From Acidimicrobiales bacterium (lineage in GTDB: Bacteria > Actinomycetota > Acidimicrobiia > Acidimicrobiales > Bin134): a DNA stretch of 64,000 bases. Below, in pieces: positions 36,936 to 47,234 of this stretch (the first letter of the stretch is position 1; each line of letters begins with the position of its first letter). Under the pieces are notes generated by a model. The model searched no databases. It had not been told where the DNA came from and worked only from the letters and a program-made list of their open reading frames with translations. The stretch spans positions 114,202 through 178,201 of the forward strand of contig OZ242356.1 of assembly GCA_965208785.1 (NCBI GenBank). The letters are read 5' to 3'. A program made the position numbers and the translations under genes.

Positions 36936-36946
36936 CGTGCCCCCTT

Positions 36947-37282
36947 CTACGGATTGTACTTGGCGCATTCCTGAGCGATCTTTCGAGCCCGAGCAATTTC
37001 AGCCCGCTCGTTGTTTCGCTGTTTACGGAATGTTGTCAACAAGATGATGCGGCCATCGCCAGTGAATCTGTAGGTGATACGCCGAGCAGTTGAACCGAGT
37101 GTGAACCGGACTTCGAATAAGCCCTCGCCGAGACTTCGTGAGAACGGCATTCGCGCTCGAATCCCGAGTGAAGCGAGTCGGTCAACCACGGTCGCCGTCC
37201 GTTCCCATTCGGTATGGCTGAGCTCGTCGAACCATTCGACGACCTCATCGTGCGCCTCAATCTCAGCCACACAGAGCATCAT
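36947..37282 (-). CDS. higB: RelE/HigB (Gp49-like) toxin
   Basis: Contains EIEAHDEVVEWFDEL...LFEVRF...RITYRFTGDGRIILLTTFRKQ. The toxin-first order is typical of HigBA. Confidence 0.75.
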   Translation of the reverse strand: MMLCVAEIEAHDEVVEWFDELSHTEWERTATVVDRLASLGIRARMPFSRSLGEGLFEVRFTLGSTARRITYRFTGDGRIILLTTFRKQRNNERAEIARARKIAQECAKYNP

Positions 37283-37317
37283 CGCATATATGCGATAATC
37301 GCACAAGGGCGATTATA
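37281..37317 (-). promoter_or_regulatory. TATAAT -10 plus two tandem ATCGC-N6-GCGAT operators for higBA
   Basis: ATCGCATATATGCGAT at 37281-37296. AATCGC-acaagg-GCGATT at 37297-37314. TATAAT (minus strand) at 37312-37317. Confidence 0.55.
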
Positions 37318-37325
37318 CGTGCCGT

Positions 37326-38105
37326 CTAGGGGGTTCGCAGCATGGCCACGCCCATGCACCGTCCCGCCCGGCCCGACTGCCCGCGATGCGAGAAGAAGCG
37401 CTGGGCGTCCAGGGTGTCCATTCGGGAGTCTTCAATGTTCTTGAGCCACACACCGGCATCCAGAAGCTGCTGTTTGACCATGTACGGGATGTCCAGGTGC
37501 GGTTTCTCCCCGGCGTCGTAGAGCACCGCCGGTTGCTGGTGGTACTCCCCCTCGGCCTGCATGGCCTCGTTCATGGAGACTTCGAGGGAGAGCGGTTGCA
37601 GGCATGGTCCGATACCGGCCTGGATGTCACGCGGCCGGCAGCCCAGCTCCCGGGCCATCGTCTCCACCGCCCGCTGCGCGATCCGCCCTATGGCCCCGCG
37701 CCATCCCACGTGCACGATGCCGATGGCCGGTTGCGCCGGGTCGTAGAGCACCACCGGCGCACAGTCGGCCACCAGCACGGCCATAGGGATCATCGGTGTA
37801 CTTGTCACCAGAGCATCACAGGCGGCCACCCCCGACTCCGATGAGTCGGCGCCCCGGCCTTTGTCGTGCTCGCCGACGACTTTGACTCGAATCCCGTGTA
37901 CTTGGCGGGGTACCACTAGGTCCCGGAAGTCGAATCCCAATTCGTCGCCCGCGACCTTGCGGTTGGCGATGACCCGTGCTGGGTCGTCCCCCACCTCAAA
38001 GCTGAGGTTGAGACTGCCCAACTCGCCTGTGCTCACACCGCCTTCACGACCAGTGACCGCGGCCAGCACCTGGAGCCCGTCAAAGCTGAACCGGACTGAG
38101 TCCAT
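37326..38105 (-). CDS. pgeF: peptidoglycan editing factor / laccase-domain protein (YfiH family)
   Basis: Contains HVGWRG and FFSHRG with family-wide similarity. Confidence 0.85.
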   Translation of the reverse strand: MDSVRFSFDGLQVLAAVTGREGGVSTGELGSLNLSFEVGDDPARVIANRKVAGDELGFDFRDLVVPRQVHGIRVKVVGEHDKGRGADSSESGVAACDALVTSTPMIPMAVLVADCAPVVLYDPAQPAIGIVHVGWRGAIGRIAQRAVETMARELGCRPRDIQAGIGPCLQPLSLEVSMNEAMQAEGEYHQQPAVLYDAGEKPHLDIPYMVKQQLLDAGVWLKNIEDSRMDTLDAQRFFSHRGQSGRAGRCMGVAMLRTP

Positions 38106-38133
38106 TGAGTCCTACCCTAGTAGTATTTCTGGT

Positions 38134-38349
38134 GTGAAAGTTAGCGTGAGCCTTCCCGACGAAGACGTTGAGTTTCTCGACGCCTATGCCCGCCACCACC
38201 AAATCGCCTCCCGATCAGCCACCCTTCACCGGGCGATCCGGCTCCTGCGGGCATCTGAGCTGGCGCAAGATTATGCCGACGCATTCACACAGTGGGATAG
38301 CGAAGAGCGCCATCTTTGGGACTCCGCCGCATCTGACGGGCTCGCATAG
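38134..38349 (+). CDS. mazE: ribbon-helix-helix antitoxin
   Basis: Begins VKVSVSLPDEDVEFLDAYARHH. TAGTAT lies 7 nt before GTG 38134, suggesting a leaderless transcript. Confidence 0.75.
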   Translation: MKVSVSLPDEDVEFLDAYARHHQIASRSATLHRAIRLLRASELAQDYADAFTQWDSEERHLWDSAASDGLA

Positions 38350-38354
38350 CACCA

Positions 38355-38702
38355 ATGCGGCGAGGAGAGATCCGCATCGTCAACCTCAGCCCCACGCTGG
38401 GCGCCGAGGCCGCCCAAACCCGGCCCGCGGTGATTGTCAGCAACGACGGCGCCAACACCACGGCCGCCCGGTTGGGACACGGAGTGGTAACCGTGGTCCC
38501 CATCACCTCCAACACCGAGCGGATCCACCCCTTCCAGGTGCTGCTCGTCGCCGCCGACACCGGCCTCGAGCGCGACTCCAAAGCTCAAGCCGAGCAGGTC
38601 AGGTCGATCTCCGTCGAGCGGGTTGGCCGCCTGGTCGGCCAAGTCCCCTTCGATCTCATGGCCCACCTCGACAGCGCCCTCCGACTCCACCTCGCCCTGT
38701 GA
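38355..38702 (+). CDS. mazF: MazF/PemK-family endoribonuclease toxin
   Basis: Begins MRRGEIRIVNLSPTLGAEAAQTRPAVIVSND and contains ...VVPITS.... Confidence 0.9.
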   Translation: MRRGEIRIVNLSPTLGAEAAQTRPAVIVSNDGANTTAARLGHGVVTVVPITSNTERIHPFQVLLVAADTGLERDSKAQAEQVRSISVERVGRLVGQVPFDLMAHLDSALRLHLAL

Positions 38703-38774
38703 CGAACTCGCCGTGACAAGGGCCAGACATGCCCGAAGTACTGATCTACAGAGTGAGGTGACGGTAAGGCGCCG

Positions 38775-39806
38775 TCACCTCGGAGGTTCAGGATCCAGCC
38801 CGCCTGTCAGTGTCCCTCCCCCGGAAAGGTCCACCACTCGACGCTCGGTGACGATGGCGGTGATGAGCTCAGCCCGGGTGACGTCGAACGCAGGATTGAT
38901 CACTTTGGTCTCAGGCGGCGCCGTGCCCTCAAGCGGGTAGGAGACAACTTCGCGGGCCCCTCGATCCTCGATCGGGATTGAGGCGCCCGAGGATGTTTCG
39001 AGGTCGATGGTCGACTCTGGGGCCACCACCACAAAGGGAACGCCAGCGTCGGCGGCGGCGAGCGCAAGGCCGAACGTGCCTATCTTGTTGGCGGTGTCGG
39101 CGTTGGCGGCGATCCGGTCAGCGCCGGTCAAGACAACGTCGATCAGGCCGCTGGCCAGCACTGATGCAGCGGCGCTGTCGACGATGAGCCGGTGCGGAGC
39201 GTCCATCTGGGCGAGTTCCCAGGCCGTCAGCCGGGCGCCTTGCAGCAGTGGCCGGGTCTCCAGCGCGACAACCTCCGCCAGCAGGCCCCGCTTGTGGAGC
39301 TCCTCGGCGACCGCGAGCGCCGTACCGCCCTCCACGGCGGCGAGCGCTCCGGTGTTGCAGATGGTCATCACCGTCAGCGGCCGGCCATCCACGAACTGCG
39401 CGGCGAGATCGGCGCCTCGCCTCGCCATCCCGCGAGATGCCGCGATCTCCTCGTCCCGAACCTCAAAGGCGGCATTGAGCACCGCCTCGAAGCCCTGGGG
39501 AGCGAATTCGGCGACGCGGCGGACCATACGCGCGAGGTTCACCGCTGTTGGTCGAGCGCTTTCCAAGTCGTTGAGCAGGGGCTCCAACTGCGTGGGGCCA
39601 CCGGCCGACTCGCGGTGGGCGAGCGCGACGCCGAAACCACCCACGACTCCCAGAGCGGGCGCCCCCCGGACGGCGAGCCGATCAATGGCCGCCACCACGT
39701 CGGCGACTGTGGTGAGGCGAAGCACTCGTACCGCGCCTGGAAGCATCGTCTGGTCGATGACCTCCACCGCGCCTTCAACCCAATCCACAGTTCGCTTCAA
39801 GACCAA
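38775..39806 (-). CDS. mtnA: S-methyl-5-thioribose-1-phosphate isomerase
   Basis: eIF-2B alpha/beta/delta family sequence (VRGAPALGV, ICNTGALA). Confidence 0.9.
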   Translation of the reverse strand: MVLKRTVDWVEGAVEVIDQTMLPGAVRVLRLTTVADVVAAIDRLAVRGAPALGVVGGFGVALAHRESAGGPTQLEPLLNDLESARPTAVNLARMVRRVAEFAPQGFEAVLNAAFEVRDEEIAASRGMARRGADLAAQFVDGRPLTVMTICNTGALAAVEGGTALAVAEELHKRGLLAEVVALETRPLLQGARLTAWELAQMDAPHRLIVDSAAASVLASGLIDVVLTGADRIAANADTANKIGTFGLALAAADAGVPFVVVAPESTIDLETSSGASIPIEDRGAREVVSYPLEGTAPPETKVINPAFDVTRAELITAIVTERRVVDLSGGGTLTGGLDPEPPR

Positions 39807-39897
39807 GCACCTCTATTTGTCTGACAACTACGGCCAAGGTACTCGCACAGCTAATTTGTCGGGCAAGCAGACATTGTGGGTGGGTCGCGAGGGTCTC

Positions 39898-41862
39898 ATG
39901 GAGAACAGATGGACGTCGGCGAGCGCTGACGGCGAACACAGCGACGACCTTGATGCCTGCGTGCATGGCTCTCAGCTGCTGGGCAGCGACCCAGCCCTCG
40001 TTTTGCATGGTGGCGGGAACACGTCGGTCAAACAGCCGTTCCACGACCTCACGGGCCAGGAAATTGACGCGCTCTACGTGAAGGGGTCGGGTTGGGATCT
40101 GGCCACGATCGAGCGAGCGGGCTTCGCCCCGCTCCGACACGCCCGCCTCCTCGAGCTGCTTGCCCTCGACTCGCTAAGCGACATGGACATGATGCGAGAG
40201 CTCTCGGCCGCTTGCCTGGACCCCGCGGCGCCCGCGCCATCGGTTGAGACGCTCCTCCACGCCCTGATTCCCCACAAGGCGGTGCAACACAGCCACGCCG
40301 ATGTGATCGTCACCCTCACCAACACTGCCGAAGGGGAGACCGCGGTCAGGGACGTCTACGGGCCGGACGTGCTCATCATCCCGTACGTCATGCCGGGTTT
40401 CGACCTCGCAAAGGTCGTGTCGCGGATGTGGGATGACGACGGCTGCTCCGGGATGGTCCTCCTCAACCACGGTCTGTTCACCTTTGCCGACACGACGAGA
40501 GAGGCGTACGAGCGCCACGTGGAACTCATCTCCCGCGCCGAAGCATGGCTTGATGAACATGCGCCGATGGCGGCGCCGGCGACCGAGCCGCCACCTCAGT
40601 GCAGCTGCCTTCGCCTCGCGGAGCTTCGCCGGCAACTCTCCGAGGTCGCCGGCAAGCCGCTCATCATGGGGCGACACTGGACGCCGCAAATCGCCCGCTT
40701 CGTGGCCCGACCCGACCTTGAGAGCCTGGCCAACCGGGGCCCATTGACCCCGGACCATGTGTTGAGAACGAAGCGAACGGCGTTGGTCGGCACAGACGTC
40801 GAACCCTATGCAGAGGCCTACCAGGATTACTTCGACGAGAACGCAGCCCGCTCCGAGGAACACCTCAAGATGCTTGACCCCGCGCCCCGGGTCCTGGTCG
40901 ATCCTGAAATCGGCCTTCTCGGTATTGGCGAGACCGCCAAGGCATCGGCCATCGCGGCCGAGATCTACGCCCACACCATCCCCGTGCTCGAACGTGCCGA
41001 AGACCACCTCGGCGGCTACGTCGCACTCCGGCCCGAAGACATCTTCGACGTCGAGTACTGGTCGCTCGAGCAAGCCAAGCTGGCCCTTGACGGTCCAAAG
41101 GCCCGATTCACCGGCTGCGCCGCAATCGTCACCGGGGCCGCATCAGGTATTGGCCGGGCTTGTGCCGATGCCCTCCTCTCCCAGGGCTGCGCCGTGACCG
41201 GATTCGACTCCTCACCGGCCATCGAGTGCGCCTTCGAGGGCCCGAACTGGCTCGGGCGAGAGGTCGACGTCACCGACGCAGACGCCCAGCGACGCGCCAT
41301 CGACGACGCGGTTGAACGGTTCGGCGGGGTCGACATCGTCGTTGCGGCGGCAGGCATCTTCGGCCCGTCAGCGCCGATTCAACACCTCGACTTCGCCGAC
41401 TGGCGATCAGTCCAAGCCGTGAACGTCGACGCGATCGCGCAACTGCTCTCTTCGACCCACGACCTCCTGGCGCTCTCGCCCATCGGTGGGCGGGTGGTCA
41501 TAGTCGGGTCAAAGAACGTACCCGCCCCCGGCCCGGGCGCAGCCGCCTACTCCGCGTCCAAGTCGGCGGTGACACAACTGGCGCGGGTCGCGGCGATTGA
41601 GTGGGCTGGAGAGGGCATCCGCGTGAACGTCGTCCACCCCGATGCCGTGTTCGACACCGGCCTTTGGGACGATGCGACCCTCGAAGCGAGGGCGGCGCAG
41701 CATGGGCTGACCGTCGAGGAGTACAAGTCCCGCAATCTGCTCGGAACGGCGGTGAGCTCGAAGGCGGTCGCATCTGTCGTCGCCGAGCTGTGCAGCGACA
41801 CATTCGCGGCAACCACCGGCGCACAGATCCCAATCGACGGCGGCAACATCCGAGTGGTGTGA
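39898..41862 (+). CDS. bifunctional class-II aldolase / short-chain dehydrogenase
   Basis: N-terminal aldolase/adducin-like half (LVLHGGGNTSVK). C-terminal SDR half (VTGAASGIGRA...YSASK). ATG 39898 is in frame with the spuriously long ORF 39007..41862. Confidence 0.85.
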   Translation: MENRWTSASADGEHSDDLDACVHGSQLLGSDPALVLHGGGNTSVKQPFHDLTGQEIDALYVKGSGWDLATIERAGFAPLRHARLLELLALDSLSDMDMMRELSAACLDPAAPAPSVETLLHALIPHKAVQHSHADVIVTLTNTAEGETAVRDVYGPDVLIIPYVMPGFDLAKVVSRMWDDDGCSGMVLLNHGLFTFADTTREAYERHVELISRAEAWLDEHAPMAAPATEPPPQCSCLRLAELRRQLSEVAGKPLIMGRHWTPQIARFVARPDLESLANRGPLTPDHVLRTKRTALVGTDVEPYAEAYQDYFDENAARSEEHLKMLDPAPRVLVDPEIGLLGIGETAKASAIAAEIYAHTIPVLERAEDHLGGYVALRPEDIFDVEYWSLEQAKLALDGPKARFTGCAAIVTGAASGIGRACADALLSQGCAVTGFDSSPAIECAFEGPNWLGREVDVTDADAQRRAIDDAVERFGGVDIVVAAAGIFGPSAPIQHLDFADWRSVQAVNVDAIAQLLSSTHDLLALSPIGGRVVIVGSKNVPAPGPGAAAYSASKSAVTQLARVAAIEWAGEGIRVNVVHPDAVFDTGLWDDATLEARAAQHGLTVEEYKSRNLLGTAVSSKAVASVVAELCSDTFAATTGAQIPIDGGNIRVV

Positions 41863-42021
41863 CTGCCGGGCGACAACCACGTCATAGAAGATGGCGATGC
41901 CGGGTTCTCTCTCTTCCAAATTTATTGAGCCTGCGTGGAAACGCGGGGTGGGAGTGGTTTGAAGGTCCGTGATCTGGGGTCGGGGCCGGGGCCCTGCCCC
42001 TCGCGGCCGAACCGTTCGTAG

Positions 42022-42095
<74 letters not shown>

Positions 42096-42110
42096 TCGAG
42101 TGGACTAGAC

Positions 42111-42139
42111 ACTCTACCCCTCTGCCGCCGGACTGTCAC
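42111..42139 (-). promoter_or_regulatory. predicted tRNA promoter
   Basis: Minus strand reads GTGACA-17 nt-TAGAGT. The -10 ends 15 nt before the tRNA 5' end. Confidence 0.5.
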
Positions 42140-42202
42140 CTGATTTTTGGAAGAATTGGTGATCGCAGCCCGGCGGGTGGCCAGCGGGGCGAGGCGACTG
42201 GG

Positions 42203-43126
42203 TCACACAACCTGGACAGGCCGGGCAAGAGCCTGGATCTCGGCCACGGCAATGCGGTGGGAAGGGGCGGTGAGCACTTGGGTGGGAACAGCGGGCGGTG
42301 GATTGGTGCAGGGGCCGCCGTCGTAGATGCACTGCACCTCGACATCCCAGTAGGCGGTAAGCAGCACCTCATAGCGGAAATCGGGGCTGGCCGCCGACGA
42401 GTATCGGTAATAGTGGAAGCAGTCCGACGGCTGGTCCATCGGATCGCGGCTGTAGTCGAATGCCATCACATCGTCAGCGTCGCACCACAGAGTGTTGCCG
42501 TCGCCCATTTCAACCCGCAAGAAGCCCAGTCGGCGGGGAGAGGCGGTGGCGGTAAGGCTCAGCTTGTGACCCTCAAGCGTGGTTGTGACCGTCTCCGACA
42601 CCGGAGCGCGGTCGGCGGCCGACACCCACACGTAGGTGGGAATCTGGACAATGGTCACCTCGCCCGGCGCCATCAAGATGGTCGGCTCGGGGATGGACAG
42701 CGCGCCCCAGGCCTCGTTTCGCAGTCGGGTGATCTCAGCGGCTGTGGTCGGAGCGGGCTTTTGGAACCGTCGGGGCTTATGCACCCAATAAGCGACGAGC
42801 TGGGGCTTGGTGTTTGTCTCGCAGATCTTGAACACGTATACCTCAAAGGAATCGGGAGCGAACACAAAGTCGTTGCCGAGCCAGGCGTCCAGTTCGGCGA
42901 GGTTGCCCTGGCGGAAATAGCAGGGTTGCTTCGGACTGCCCGGCGCGGGATCGGCGGGCGCCGCTCCGGGCACCTCCGCTTCGATCCACGCCCATAAATC
43001 CACCTTTCCCTCTTCGGCGGCCACCGAGTTGCCGTCATCAGCCTGTTGCCATCCGGCGGCCGGGCCGGAACTCGTGATGGCAATAAGGCAGGCGGCAGCC
43101 ATTGCCAGTATTGCGGAGCCTCGCAT
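42203..43126 (-). CDS. secreted hypothetical protein
   Basis: Signal peptide MRGSAILAMAAACLIAITSSGPAAG. 307 aa with several Cys. No family recognised. Confidence 0.7.
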   Translation of the reverse strand: MRGSAILAMAAACLIAITSSGPAAGWQQADDGNSVAAEEGKVDLWAWIEAEVPGAAPADPAPGSPKQPCYFRQGNLAELDAWLGNDFVFAPDSFEVYVFKICETNTKPQLVAYWVHKPRRFQKPAPTTAAEITRLRNEAWGALSIPEPTILMAPGEVTIVQIPTYVWVSAADRAPVSETVTTTLEGHKLSLTATASPRRLGFLRVEMGDGNTLWCDADDVMAFDYSRDPMDQPSDCFHYYRYSSAASPDFRYEVLLTAYWDVEVQCIYDGGPCTNPPPAVPTQVLTAPSHRIAVAEIQALARPVQVV

Positions 43127-43127
43127 C

Positions 43128-43180
43128 GAACTTCCCTTCGGTTCTTCGTGGGCGCGCCATGCGCAAGAAGGGGGAAGTTC
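43128..43180 (-). promoter_or_regulatory. strong hairpin abutting the start codon (MFS terminator and/or RBS-sequestering structure)
   Basis: GAACTTCCC 43128-36 pairs with GGGAAGTTC 43172-80. Inner TTCTT/AAGAA and GCGC/GCGC helices extend it. The mRNA 3' arm AAGGGAAGTTC ends 1 nt before ATG 43126. Confidence 0.4.
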
Positions 43181-43233
43181 GGGGGGAGGGGGCCTAGTGT
43201 CCTATGTCGGCCCCCCGATGTCAATAGGTGATT

Positions 43234-44391
43234 TCAGTGGGCGGCAGGCAACTGGGGGCGAACCACCGTTCGGCTCACCACCAGCGCAATCACCGAGAGC
43301 ATCCCTCCTGCAAAGAAGGCTGTCGAGTAAGACGACACCTCCACCACGCCCCCCAGAATCAGCCCGCCCAGCCCCATAGCCAGATCGAAGGCAATGCTGA
43401 AGGTGCCGATGGCCTGGCTGCGCCGGTTGACGGGCGCCGACTGCACTGCCATCACGAACAGGGCGGGAAACAGGAACGTCTGGCCCATGGCCAAAATGGC
43501 GGTGCCGATGAACACGCCGGGCACCTGCTGCCAGAAGGCGATAACCCACAGCCCGGTGGCCGAGCACACGTATGACATGGTGCTGGTGCGCTGCGGACCC
43601 AGCCGGTCGGGCAGGCGGGCCAGCAAAATCCGCAGGCTGATCACCATCACCGCGAAGGTGGCGAACACTGCTCCGGAGTGGGCGAAGCCGATGTCGTCCA
43701 CATGCAGCTTGATGAACGCCAGGAACCCGGAGTAGCCCAGCAGCCCCAGCCCCAAGAGCAAGGCCGGGCGGGTGGCAGGCCAGTGGATGAACGAAGTCGG
43801 CCATCCCGATGGCGCTCCCTCGGGACGGCCGGGCATGGAAGCCGCTCCCAATACGATGCCTATGGCGCACAGGAGCCCGCCCAGCACCCACACCGCGTCG
43901 GCGCTGGCCGCTGCTTCCAACTGCTCTCCGATGATCGGGCCCGCGGCCAAACCGGAGTACACCGAGACTGAGAAGTACGAGGTGGCCTCCCCTCGGCGGT
44001 GCTCGGGGGCCAAGTCTTGGGCTGCCGCAGCGATCCCCACGAAATAGGCGGCCTCCCCCAATCCGGTGACCAGCCGGAACAACACCGCCAGCACGACCGA
44101 GGTGACCCAAAGGTTGCCGAGGACACCGATCCCGGCCAGCGCGCAACCCCACACCACCACGAACCTGCGCCCCTTGGAGTCTCCCAGGGGCGCCACCAGA
44201 GGCCGGGCCACTGCCGCCGAGAGCCCGAATCCGCCGACAGCCAGACCCACAGCCACTGGTCCGCCGCCCAGGTCGTTCTCCACGAAGCCGGGCAGCACCG
44301 GGTACACCAGCCCCAGCGACAAGAAGTAGGACAACCCGCACAGGCACAGCACCGCGAAACGGGCCGTCAGCAGTGGCTGAGGGTCAGGCAC
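43234..44391 (-). CDS. MFS transporter
   Basis: 12-TM-like sequence. ORF is open to 44499, but GTG 44391 avoids a 70-100 nt overlap with the upstream gene. Start uncertain. Confidence 0.8.
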   Translation of the reverse strand: MPDPQPLLTARFAVLCLCGLSYFLSLGLVYPVLPGFVENDLGGGPVAVGLAVGGFGLSAAVARPLVAPLGDSKGRRFVVVWGCALAGIGVLGNLWVTSVVLAVLFRLVTGLGEAAYFVGIAAAAQDLAPEHRRGEATSYFSVSVYSGLAAGPIIGEQLEAAASADAVWVLGGLLCAIGIVLGAASMPGRPEGAPSGWPTSFIHWPATRPALLLGLGLLGYSGFLAFIKLHVDDIGFAHSGAVFATFAVMVISLRILLARLPDRLGPQRTSTMSYVCSATGLWVIAFWQQVPGVFIGTAILAMGQTFLFPALFVMAVQSAPVNRRSQAIGTFSIAFDLAMGLGGLILGGVVEVSSYSTAFFAGGMLSVIALVVSRTVVRPQLPAAH

Positions 44392-44398
44392 CTGAGAT

Positions 44399-45159
44399 CT
44401 ATCGGCGGTCGCCCAGAAACGGATAGCGGGAACGGATCTGTTCCAGCCGGGCGAGGTCGATGTCGGCATGCAGCACAGCCTCCTCGCCCTCGGGGGCACT
44501 GGCCACCTCGACCCCGAACGGGTCGATCACCACGGAACCGCCCTGGTAGTCGATGCCGCCGCCGGTGCCCACCCGGTTCACCCCCACCACATAGGCCTGG
44601 TTCTCGATGGCCCGGGCCACCAGCAGCGCCGACCAATGGGCCGCACGGCGCGCGGGCCAGTTGGCCACCACCACATAGCAGTCGGTGTCGTGGGCCAGAC
44701 TCCAGAACTCGTCGGAAAACCGCAGGTCGTAGCACACGAACGGGGTGATCCTGACCCCTTCTATCGTGACGGTCAGCCGCTCGGCGCCGGCGGCGTAGTG
44801 CTGGTGCTCCCCGCCGTAGGTGAACGGGTGGATCTTGTCGTAGACCGCGGCCTCTCCGTCGGGGCTGGCCAGCACAAACCGGTTGAAGGGCAAATCGGCC
44901 TTCGACGGATCGCTCACCGGCACCGATCCGCAGACCCACACGCCGTGGGCAGCGGCCTGGTCGGCCAGAAAACCGACGCTGGGGCCGTCGGGCGGCTCGG
45001 CCACCCGGTCGGAGGCCATGGAGAACCCGGTGGAGTACATCTCGGCCAGCACCACGAGGCGGGCGCCGTCGGCCGCGGCCTGCACCACCTTGGGCCCCAG
45101 CAGTTCGAAGTTGGCTTCAGGGTCCTCCCACACGATGTCGTGCTGGACGGCGGCTATCT

Positions 45160-45163
<4 letters not shown>
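44399..45163 (-). CDS. carbon-nitrogen hydrolase (omega-amidase/YafV-like)
   Basis: Begins MKIAAVQHDIVWEDPEAN. Glu-Lys-Cys triad context present (LAEM, YDKIHPF, FVCYDLRF). ATGA overlap with the aminotransferase gene. Confidence 0.85.
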
Positions 45164-46329
<1,166 letters not shown>

Positions 46330-46430
46330 AGAAGCCTACTTGGGACCCCCTCCCCCTCCCCTTGCCAATACCTCAGGGGTGTCTTGGAGGGCGATGTGCT
46401 CTTGCTTTGGGGTGACAAGAGCCAGACCCA

Positions 46431-46460
46431 TTGCATCTTCATCATACAAGAGTATGATGA
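46431..46460 (+). promoter_or_regulatory. vapBC promoter with 9-bp inverted-repeat operator
   Basis: TTGCAT-16 nt-TATGAT promoter. Inverted repeat TCATCATAC (46439-47) / GTATGATGA (46452-60). The -10 ends 6 nt before ATG 46465, suggesting a leaderless transcript. Confidence 0.55.
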
Positions 46461-46464
46461 TTGA

Positions 46465-46779
46465 ATGCCTAAGGAGCGAGTCACCATCACGGTGGAATTA
46501 GACCTTCTCGACCACGCCAAATCAGCCGTCCAGGCGGGCGTCTGCCGGTCGGTGAGCGAGTGGATCTCACAGGCCATGGCAGAGCAACTGGCCAGGGACG
46601 ACCGACTGGTGGCACTCGACGAGCTGATCGCGGAATTCGAAGCCTTGCATGGTCCCATCACCGACGAAGAGATCGAGGAGCAAATGCGGCGCGACCGAGA
46701 GGCGGCGGAGTTCCATAGGCAGGAGGGCGCGAGAAAGATGGCCGAACGCCAACGGCTCCTGGCTCAGCAAGCCGAATGA
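46465..46779 (+). CDS. vapB: ribbon-helix-helix antitoxin
   Basis: Begins MPKERVTITVELDLLDHAKSAV. ATGA overlap with the following PIN gene. Confidence 0.75.
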   Translation: MPKERVTITVELDLLDHAKSAVQAGVCRSVSEWISQAMAEQLARDDRLVALDELIAEFEALHGPITDEEIEEQMRRDREAAEFHRQEGARKMAERQRLLAQQAE

Positions 46780-47156
46780 ACGTCCTCCTCGATGCGGGCG
46801 CATTCATCGCCATAGAGAGCGGCTACCAGCCGATTGAGCGGTGGTTGAAGGGCGCCCGGCAAAAGGGGATCCCGCTGAGGACCCACGGCGGCGTCATTGC
46901 CCAGGTGTGGCGAGGGGGAACCCGAGGCCAAACCCGGTTGGCCCGAGCCTTGCGAGCGGTGGAGACAGTCCCTCTGGATGAAGAGTTGGGACGACAGGCC
47001 GGAGTGCTGCTCGCCCGCAGCGGCCTCTCCGACGCTATCGACGCCGCCTTGGTGGCCATGGCCGATCACGGCGACGAGATCATCACCTCCGACCCCGACG
47101 ACCTGGAAATGCTCGTATCCGCCAGCCAACGCAGGATCAACGTCATTCCACTCTGA
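46776..47156 (+). CDS. vapC: PIN-domain toxin
   Basis: Begins MNVLLDAGAFIAIE and contains ...SDAIDAALVAMA...IITSDPDD. Confidence 0.8.
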   Translation: MNVLLDAGAFIAIESGYQPIERWLKGARQKGIPLRTHGGVIAQVWRGGTRGQTRLARALRAVETVPLDEELGRQAGVLLARSGLSDAIDAALVAMADHGDEIITSDPDDLEMLVSASQRRINVIPL

Positions 47157-47234
47157 GCCTCCTCTCTCAAAAGAGACCGAGGCGGCGAATGGGACGGGCG
47201 GTAGATGGTCGCCCCAATGTGCTAGCAACCTGAC

